This document shows, in pieces, positions 48,422-55,095 of a stretch of 59,291 bases of DNA; the first letter of the stretch is position 1; each line of letters begins with the position of its first letter. The position numbers and the translations under genes are program-made. The stretch is from an uncultured Anaerolineaceae bacterium. GTDB taxonomy: Bacteria; Chloroflexota; Anaerolineae; 4572-78. The notes under the pieces are model-generated. The model was not told the DNA's origin, searched no databases, and was given only the letters and a program-made list of their open reading frames with translations. The DNA lies in assembly GCA_964413895.1 (NCBI GenBank), contig CAYPUV010000001.1, forward strand, positions 1 through 59,291. The letters run 5' to 3'.

Positions 48422-48488
48422 AAGTGAAAAAGCAAGCAGCAATTCCCGTTTTGGATAACCATATGGGGCTACCACCATGGGTATAGCA

Positions 48489-48592
48489 CACAGATGACAC
48501 AGATCGAACAGATTAATACGGATAAAATATAAAAATCAGTAAAAATCAGTGTAATCTGTACAATCCGTGTGCCATCATCTGTTTAATGGCAC
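48489..48592 (+). repeat. repeat-rich AT-rich region upstream of serS
   Basis: Three tandem 9-mers (CACAGATGA, CACAGATCG, AACAGATTA; 48489-48515). AAAAATCAGT x2 (48531-48550). Two inverted ATCTGT copies (48554-48559, 48577-48582). A 7-bp hairpin GTGCCAT/ATGGCAC (48569-48592). Confidence 0.6.
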
Positions 48593-48629
48593 ATTCATAC
48601 CGGGAATTACTGAAAAGCAAGGAGGAAAT

Positions 48630-49931
48630 ATGCTAGACTTGAATTTCATCCGTAAAAATCCTGATAAAGTAAAAGAAGCATTGGTCGCCCTGAACGTAGA
48701 AGCGCCCATCGACAAAATCCTTGAACTGGACCAACAACGACGCGCATTGTTGAAAGAAGTAGAAGCGCTGCGTGCCGAGCGGAACACCGGCTCGAAGGCG
48801 ATTGGCGCACTGATACGGGAAGGGAAGAAGGAAGAAGCTGAGGCCAAGAAAAAGCGAATGAGCGAAATTGGCGACCAGATTAGCGGGCTGAACGAAAAAT
48901 TACACCAGGTAGAAGCGGCCCTGTATGAAAAACAGTTGTGGGTCCCCAACATGCCGCACCCCAGCGTCCCCATTGGCCCAGATGAAGATCACAATGTCGT
49001 TGTGCGCACCTGGTATCCCAACGGCCAAACCGACGTTCCCCCGTTTGATTTTGAGCCACTGCCCCACTGGGATCTGGCTGAAGCACTGGACCTGATTGAT
49101 TTTGAACGGGGCATAAAAATGAGCGGCTCGCGCTTTTATATGTTCAAAGGAGTGGGGGCAGCGCTGCACAGGGCCTTAGTAAATTGGTTTTTAGATGTGG
49201 GCGTGAATGAACATGGCTACACAGAAGTCTACCCCCCATTCATGGTGCGGGAAAAGGCAATGATTGGTGCGGCACACCTACCCAAATTCCGTGACAATAT
49301 GTATTACGACGCTGAAGAAGATTACTGGTTTATTGGCACCGCCGAGGTTCCCCTCACCAACATGTTCGCCGATGAAATTTTGGACGAGGCAGCGTTGCCC
49401 ATGAAATTTGTAGCGCACACCCCCTGCTTCCGCCGCGAAAAATTCAGCGCTGGCCGGGATGTGCGAGGTATAAAACGGGTTCACCAATTTGAAAAAGTGG
49501 AAATGTACTACTACACCACGCCAGAAACCAGCTATCAGGCCCTTAACCAAATTATAACCGATGCAGAAGACCTGGTGCAACGCCTGGAAATTCCATATCG
49601 GGTGGTACAAATGTGTACTGGCGACCTGGGGTTTGCCGCCGCGATGAAGTTCGATATAGAAGCCTGGAGTCCCGGAAGCGGGGAGTGGATGGAAATCAGC
49701 TCGTGCAGCAACGTAACAGATTTTCAAGCACGGCGAGTCAACGCCCGATTCCGGCGAACGAAAAGCGGCAAGTTGGAATTTGTCCACACCCTCAACGGGT
49801 CGGGGCTGCCGCCAGGGCGCTTGATGATTGCCGTGCTGGAAAACTACCAGCAAGCCGATGGCAGCATTGTTCTCCCCCGCGTTTTGCGTCCTTATATGGG
49901 GGGATTGGATGTGATTGAGCCGCAAAAATAA
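48630..49931 (+). CDS. serS: serine--tRNA ligase
   Basis: MLDLNFIRKNPD start, preceded by AAGGAGG. N-terminal coiled-coil arm and class II motifs (FRRE, GSGLPPGR-type C-terminus). The ORF is open from 48567. Confidence 0.9.
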   Translation: MLDLNFIRKNPDKVKEALVALNVEAPIDKILELDQQRRALLKEVEALRAERNTGSKAIGALIREGKKEEAEAKKKRMSEIGDQISGLNEKLHQVEAALYEKQLWVPNMPHPSVPIGPDEDHNVVVRTWYPNGQTDVPPFDFEPLPHWDLAEALDLIDFERGIKMSGSRFYMFKGVGAALHRALVNWFLDVGVNEHGYTEVYPPFMVREKAMIGAAHLPKFRDNMYYDAEEDYWFIGTAEVPLTNMFADEILDEAALPMKFVAHTPCFRREKFSAGRDVRGIKRVHQFEKVEMYYYTTPETSYQALNQIITDAEDLVQRLEIPYRVVQMCTGDLGFAAAMKFDIEAWSPGSGEWMEISSCSNVTDFQARRVNARFRRTKSGKLEFVHTLNGSGLPPGRLMIAVLENYQQADGSIVLPRVLRPYMGGLDVIEPQK

Positions 49932-49943
49932 CACATTGCGCAG

Positions 49944-49980
49944 GAACGCCGGTCAGGGTTTTTACCCCTGACCGGCGTTC
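49944..49980. terminator. strong hairpin downstream of serS (15-bp perfect stem, no clear U-tract)
   Basis: GAACGCCGGTCAGGG (49944-49958), loop TTTTTAC, then CCCTGACCGGCGTTC (49966-49980). Confidence 0.5.
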
Positions 49981-50064
49981 ACCGTTCTCCCCGCGCATTG
50001 CGAAATCTCCGCAGGTATGGTATAGTGTTTTACCCTAATTTGGCAGAAAAAAAAGGAGCCGCCT

Positions 50065-50982
50065 GTGTCAGACGGATACGTGTTGGTAATAGGAGCTGCC
50101 GGAATAGACACCAAAGGTCACGCTCTTGCCCCCCTGAAACCAGGAACAAGCAATCCGGGCAAGATCAAAAGCAGTTCCGGCGGTGTAGCGCGCAACGTCA
50201 GTGAAAACCTGGCTCGATTAGGACAGGACGTAACCTTACTTTCTGCCATTGGAAACGACCCCTCCGGCGATAGAATCCTAAAGCGCTTAAACGAGGCCCG
50301 GGTTGACACCCGCCAGATTGTTGTGTCTGACAAGTTTCGCACTTCAGCCTATATTGCGTTGTATGATGAAAACAAGACGCTCATCCATTCTATAGATGAT
50401 ATGAGTGTGCTGGCTACTATTTCGCCGCAATTAGTGTACCGCAAGCGAAGTTTGATTCACCACGCCGAAATGGTGGTAATGGATGGCAACCCCTCCAGCG
50501 CCGTGATCGATTCGGTTATGAAACAGGCCGCAACCAGGAACATCCCCGTGGTTGCCGACCCCACCTCTGCCAGTTTGGCCGAAAAATTCAAGCCGCACCT
50601 GCCTGATTTGTATATGATTACGCCCAATGCACCAGAAGCGGAAACGTTATCTGGCCTGAAGGTAAAAACGCGCTCTCAAGCTATCAAAGCAGCGCAGAAA
50701 TTGGTGACCATGGGGGTGGATATTGTGGTAGTCACCCTGGCAGAAAAAGGCGTTGTTTACGCCACCAGCGACACCAGCGGGCACATTCCGGCCCTAACCA
50801 CCAACGTAGTAGATTTAACTGGCGCGTCTGATGCAATGAGCGCAGCCATTATTTTTGGCTTGCTGAACGACTTCAGCATAGACGAAGCCGTTCGACTGGG
50901 CGCGAGTGCCGCCGCCTTAACCTTGCAAACACAAGATAGCGTCATCAAAAACCTCACCCTGGATCAACTTTATGATCTGTAA
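50065..50982 (+). CDS. PfkB-family carbohydrate/nucleoside kinase
   Basis: 305 aa, GTG start. N-terminal VLVIGAAGIDTKG and a C-terminal DLTGASDA (variant of the DTxGAGD ATP/anion-hole motif). Confidence 0.75.
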   Translation: MSDGYVLVIGAAGIDTKGHALAPLKPGTSNPGKIKSSSGGVARNVSENLARLGQDVTLLSAIGNDPSGDRILKRLNEARVDTRQIVVSDKFRTSAYIALYDENKTLIHSIDDMSVLATISPQLVYRKRSLIHHAEMVVMDGNPSSAVIDSVMKQAATRNIPVVADPTSASLAEKFKPHLPDLYMITPNAPEAETLSGLKVKTRSQAIKAAQKLVTMGVDIVVVTLAEKGVVYATSDTSGHIPALTTNVVDLTGASDAMSAAIIFGLLNDFSIDEAVRLGASAAALTLQTQDSVIKNLTLDQLYDL

Positions 50983-51057
50983 CAGGGTGAGGCAGAGACA
51001 CTTGTTTTTCTGTTGTGCAATCAAAATGCCTGACAACGCTTGCTATTTGGAGGACGA

Positions 51058-51516
51058 ATGACGACTCAACCACGGGGACTTTATTTTGAAGAATTTGAAT
51101 TGGGGCAAACGATCGCTACCCCTTCGCGCACCATTACCGAGGCCGATATTGTGAACTTTGCCGGACTCTCTGGCGATTACAACGCCCTGCACACCGATGC
51201 AGAATTCGCCAAAGCGACTCCTTTTGGCAAACGCATTGCCCACGGGATGCTGGTTCTATCGGTTGCCACAGGGCTGGCGGCACGGCAGGGATTTATTGAA
51301 GGAACAACTTTGGCTTTTAGGGGCTTGACCTGGCGATTTAATGCCCCCGTGTTCATCGGTGATACCATCCACATGGTCGCCGAAGTGACCGAACTCAAGC
51401 CGATGCCCAGATTGGGCGGGGGATTGGTTGTCTTAAAAGCGACGATGATTAATCAGGATGGTCAAGCGGTTCAAAAGGGGGAATGGCAGGTTTTAATGAA
51501 AAGCAAATCGGCCTGA
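51058..51516 (+). CDS. MaoC-family (R)-specific enoyl-CoA hydratase/dehydratase (hotdog fold)
   Basis: Hydratase motif FAGLSGDYNALHTD. The ATG at 51058 is preceded by GGAGGA. Confidence 0.8.
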   Translation: MTTQPRGLYFEEFELGQTIATPSRTITEADIVNFAGLSGDYNALHTDAEFAKATPFGKRIAHGMLVLSVATGLAARQGFIEGTTLAFRGLTWRFNAPVFIGDTIHMVAEVTELKPMPRLGGGLVVLKATMINQDGQAVQKGEWQVLMKSKSA

Positions 51517-51525
51517 GTGGTTTGT

Positions 51526-52389
51526 TCATTTTGTAACCACAAAGGCCACCCAATCGCCATCCACATGCCGCGCTTCAACTTGCAATTGATGGTTGGCCAG
51601 GCAATTGAGCAACGTTTGTTCTTGCTCCTTGATAATACCAGACAGAATCAATTGCCCCTCTGGAGACAGTGCGGCTTTTAATTTTCCCATAATTTCAATT
51701 AAAACATTAGACAAAATATTAGCTACCACTAGTGACCATTGCCGCCCCCCGCCTGCCTCGACGCTCCCCACGGCTGTTTCTATGCCAAACAGATGGTTCA
51801 ACGCAAAGTTTTCCTCGGCAACCCGTACCGCCACGTCATCCACGTCTACCGCGCGCACCGGTCCGGCTCCCATCTTTGCCGCCGCAATGGAAAGAATCCC
51901 GGAGCCGGTTCCCACATCAAACATATCCACACCTTCCAAAGGCATTGACTGCAAAATTTCCAGACACAAGCGTGTGGTGGGGTGCAGCCCGCTGCCAAAG
52001 GCAACGCCGGGATCAAGGTGTACCACAATATCTCGGGGACGGGGATGATAATCGCGCCAGCTTGGTTGAATAACGACCCTGGCCCCCACCCGTACCACGT
52101 GGAAATTTTCCTTCCACGATTCAGCCCAGTCGTTTTTGGCTACAAACAGTGTTTGCGCCTCTGGCAGGCCATTGGGGAGAGCCTTGCCAATAAGCGCCAG
52201 GGCAATTTCAATTTTTTGCCGAATTTCATCGTCTGTGGCAGGGATGACGGTGCGCACTGTAATTTGTTTAAAATCAGGAGGCAACGTTTCCATGACCGCG
52301 CCCCCGTACCCATAGCGATTGAACACAGCGCTCACGGCCTCGGCAGCTTCTCCATCGATGTTTTCCACAGAAAATTGTATAAAATCCAT
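51526..52389 (-). CDS. prmA: ribosomal protein L11 methyltransferase
   Basis: 287 aa. DPGVAFGSGLHPTT and DVGTGSGILSIAAAKMGA motifs. Confidence 0.85.
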   Translation of the reverse strand: MDFIQFSVENIDGEAAEAVSAVFNRYGYGGAVMETLPPDFKQITVRTVIPATDDEIRQKIEIALALIGKALPNGLPEAQTLFVAKNDWAESWKENFHVVRVGARVVIQPSWRDYHPRPRDIVVHLDPGVAFGSGLHPTTRLCLEILQSMPLEGVDMFDVGTGSGILSIAAAKMGAGPVRAVDVDDVAVRVAEENFALNHLFGIETAVGSVEAGGGRQWSLVVANILSNVLIEIMGKLKAALSPEGQLILSGIIKEQEQTLLNCLANHQLQVEARHVDGDWVAFVVTK

Positions 52390-52503
52390 CGATCACCTTT
52401 TTACAAATTGTTTACAGATTTCTTATAATTTTATTATATTTCAGTGCCATACTATAAATACGTTAAAACTGATGCATTGAATTATAAAAGAAAGGATTGA
52501 ATT

Positions 52504-53415
52504 ATGAAATTTAAATTGAAATTGATGGCAATTGTTGGGTCTGTGATTTTGGCAGCAACGGTATTCACCGGTGCGGTGTTTGCACAGGAACCTGTTCAAC
52601 CTCCCCCCCAACCGCCAATTGGGCAACAAGGACAACCACCTGTTCGCCCGCCCCGTAACCGGGGCGCGCTGCTTGAACCGATTGCGGAAGCGTTGGGAAT
52701 GAGCGTTGATGATTTGAAGGCGGAGTTGAAAGCGGGCCAGCGCCTGGAAGATATTGCCGCCGAACAGGGCGTCTCGATGGCTGATATTGCCAACGCCGTG
52801 TACGATTACGCCGCCGACCGCGTTGCTTCTGCAGTGGCCGATGGAAAGTTGACCCAAGATCAGGCAGACAAAATTTTAGGGCGATTGCAAGAACGTCGGG
52901 ATGCGTGTGTGGAAGAAGATCAATGCCATTTATTTGCTCCGAAAAATCCGCGGCCCCAATTGGGCACCAAACAAATCATCGAAATGGGTAAGGTTATTGC
53001 CGATACGTTGAATATGGAACCGCGAGAGTTGTTGCAAGCTCTGCGCGCCGGGCAAACACTGGAAGAAATTGCTGCCGAACAGGGTGTATCGATGCAGGAT
53101 ATTGCCGATGCCGTTTACAATGATGCGCTTGAGCGCCTGAACAACGCCGTGGCCGATGGCAAGCTGACCCAGGACCAAGCCGATAAAATTCAAGCCCGGT
53201 TAGATGCTCAACGTGATAAATGTGTTAACGATGGAAAATGTTTGCCACCGCGTCGCCGCATTCAACAAAATCAATTTAACCGGCCCCATCAATTCAATCC
53301 CGGATTTAATCGACCTGGCGGCTCTAATTTCCCCAATCGTTTTAACCAGCGCGGGCAATTTAACCAGCCATTTGGCGGCAATCCATCGGCGCAGCCGCCA
53401 CAACAAAGTTGGTAA
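52504..53415 (+). CDS. secreted protein with two ~85-aa tandem repeats and an Asn/Gln/Phe/Pro-rich tail
   Basis: Signal peptide MKFKLKLMAIVGSVILAATVFTGAVFA-QEP. The two repeats share EIAAEQGVSM.DIA.AVY...AVADGKLTQDQADKI, and each ends in C-x5-C. Tail: QFNRPHQFNPGFNRPGGSNFPNRFNQRGQFNQPF. Confidence 0.7.
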   Translation: MKFKLKLMAIVGSVILAATVFTGAVFAQEPVQPPPQPPIGQQGQPPVRPPRNRGALLEPIAEALGMSVDDLKAELKAGQRLEDIAAEQGVSMADIANAVYDYAADRVASAVADGKLTQDQADKILGRLQERRDACVEEDQCHLFAPKNPRPQLGTKQIIEMGKVIADTLNMEPRELLQALRAGQTLEEIAAEQGVSMQDIADAVYNDALERLNNAVADGKLTQDQADKIQARLDAQRDKCVNDGKCLPPRRRIQQNQFNRPHQFNPGFNRPGGSNFPNRFNQRGQFNQPFGGNPSAQPPQQSW

Positions 53416-53479
53416 TGTGCAAGAAATAGATACAATTGTCCAAAAGTGTTAAGCCATAGTTTAGTTTGCTACACCCCCC

Positions 53480-53515
53480 GCAAAAAAGAGTGGCAGGAAT
53501 GCCACTCTTTTTTGC
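53480..53515. terminator. bidirectional rho-independent terminator between convergent genes
   Basis: Perfect 16-bp inverted repeat GCAAAAAAGAGTGGCA-GGAA-TGCCACTCTTTTTTGC, with an A-run and a T-run inside the arms. Confidence 0.85.
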
Positions 53516-53534
53516 GTCAATGGAGAAAATATCA

Positions 53535-54809
53535 TTATTCCTGGTGTGCAGGCAACAGAACGTAAAATGTGCTGCCGGGGTTTGTTTCCGGATCACAGCC
53601 ATCACTTTCAACCCAAATACGGCCGTCGTGTGCTTCCACAATGCCTTTCGCAATCGTTAATCCCAGGCCAGGTCCGCCCCCCATAAATTTTGTTTTCCCG
53701 GAACTATGCAGGGCCACATCTTCTACGGTGAAAAACTTTTCAAAAATAAGCCCCTGATCTTGTTTATTAATGCCTATTCCCGTATCAGCAATCGCTACTT
53801 CCACAAACGTTTTCCCCTTTGATCCCGGAGGAGGGGTGGGGTGGAGCCTGGCGTTGACTGTAATTTTACCAAAATCGGGGGTGTATTTTATAGCATTCCC
53901 CAAGAGGCGGGAAAACACCTGACCAAGCTGCGTGTCGTCGCCTTCTACCAGCGGCAGGGACGGGGGAACATTAACTTCCAACGTGATCTGCCGTTCTTCA
54001 ATGGCTTTTTGAAACTCTTCTACAACGGGCGTAATCACTACATTTAGCGACAGCGGTGTGTAGGCCAGGTCGATGGTGGCCAATTCAACCCGTGCGATGC
54101 TCACCATATCTTTGGTGATACTTCCTAACCGTTCCACCCCAGCTTTGAGTCCGGCCAACATTTCTTTTATCAGCGGGTTGTCTGAGGTTTTTAGCTGACT
54201 GGCCAGCATGTCTGCATAGGCGGTTACGGTGGTCAGCGGGGTACGCAGTTCATGGGCGGCAATATGGATAAAGTCCGTTTTGGCCTCATCCAATCGCTGT
54301 AGACGCTCATGGATGGCGTTTAGTTCTGCGTGTGCGGCACTCAACTCATTAAATTTGCGTTCCAGTTCCTCAACTAATGAGGCGCTGTGTTCGCGCAGAA
54401 AATATTCGCGCTGGGTAATCTTGTCTTCTGTGCGTGGCCTGCCAATGCGAGACGAAACCTCGGTTAGCAACTGGTCAACGCTAAATGGCTTGCTCACATA
54501 GCCGTCACATCCAATGGCTTTCGCGCGTTCCGGGTCGTCGGAGAAGTTGCGTGCCGTAATAGCGATAATGGGGACGGAAGCCAATTGTGGGTGGCTTCTA
54601 AGTCGCGTTACCACGCTAAAGCCATCCAGGTCGGGTAAATTAATGTCCATCAGAATCAGGTCGGGCTTTATTTTTTGTGCAAGGGTAATGCCTTCCAGCC
54701 CGGTTACCGCGTCAACAACATTGTACCCGCGACTTTCTAAAATACGCCGCACCAGTTCCCTATTATTTTTAAAATCTTCTACATGAAGAACGGTAAAAGT
54801 TTGAGTCAC
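53535..54809 (-). CDS. response-regulator-fused histidine kinase (N-terminal REC, HisKA, HATPase_c)
   Basis: 424 aa. REC motifs DLILMDINLPDLDG and IIAITAR, H-box AAHELRTPLTTV, N-box LLGNAIKYTP, DTGIGI and GPGLGLTIA. Confidence 0.9.
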   Translation of the reverse strand: MTQTFTVLHVEDFKNNRELVRRILESRGYNVVDAVTGLEGITLAQKIKPDLILMDINLPDLDGFSVVTRLRSHPQLASVPIIAITARNFSDDPERAKAIGCDGYVSKPFSVDQLLTEVSSRIGRPRTEDKITQREYFLREHSASLVEELERKFNELSAAHAELNAIHERLQRLDEAKTDFIHIAAHELRTPLTTVTAYADMLASQLKTSDNPLIKEMLAGLKAGVERLGSITKDMVSIARVELATIDLAYTPLSLNVVITPVVEEFQKAIEERQITLEVNVPPSLPLVEGDDTQLGQVFSRLLGNAIKYTPDFGKITVNARLHPTPPPGSKGKTFVEVAIADTGIGINKQDQGLIFEKFFTVEDVALHSSGKTKFMGGGPGLGLTIAKGIVEAHDGRIWVESDGCDPETNPGSTFYVLLPAHQE

Positions 54810-55018
54810 AGGTTTCTACAGCCAGAGGGTGAACATATTTCGATAATCGTTGGTTCGATAACTTAGTGGATTATCGCCAGAGATAGGGGCAGCTTGCATT
54901 AGTGATGTTTCTTGCAATCATAAGTCTTTTGCCTAACGTCTGGCGTGCCGTTATTTTACTTTGATTCAGGTGTTTTGGCGAATTAAATAAAGCCATCCCT
55001 GTGAACCGACGTATTGCT

Positions 55019-55046
55019 TTGGCAAATTCTTTTAAAATGGTAAAAT
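55019..55046 (+). promoter_or_regulatory. candidate promoter for the M16 peptidase gene
   Basis: TTGGCA, a 16-nt spacer, then TAAAAT. Confidence 0.3.
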
Positions 55047-55095
55047 CCCTGCACGTTACAATTTTGGGTTACAGATAAACGTACACGAGGAGATT

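Noticed and set aside
49278-49934. A long antisense or alternative-frame ORF inside serS (218 aa). Similar cases are 870-1562, 406-840, 2959-3561, 40784-41341, 47085-47483 and 52441-52857.
   Set aside because: Each is fully embedded opposite or out of frame with a gene that has clear family motifs. They lack recognisable domains. The 47085-47483 ORF would run antisense through the T-box leader.
50065-50982. A pseudouridine utilisation operon, pairing the PfkB kinase here with psuG at 59025-59291.
   Set aside because: The two genes are 8 kb apart, on opposite strands, and separated by unrelated genes and terminators. The kinase specificity cannot be assigned from sequence by eye.
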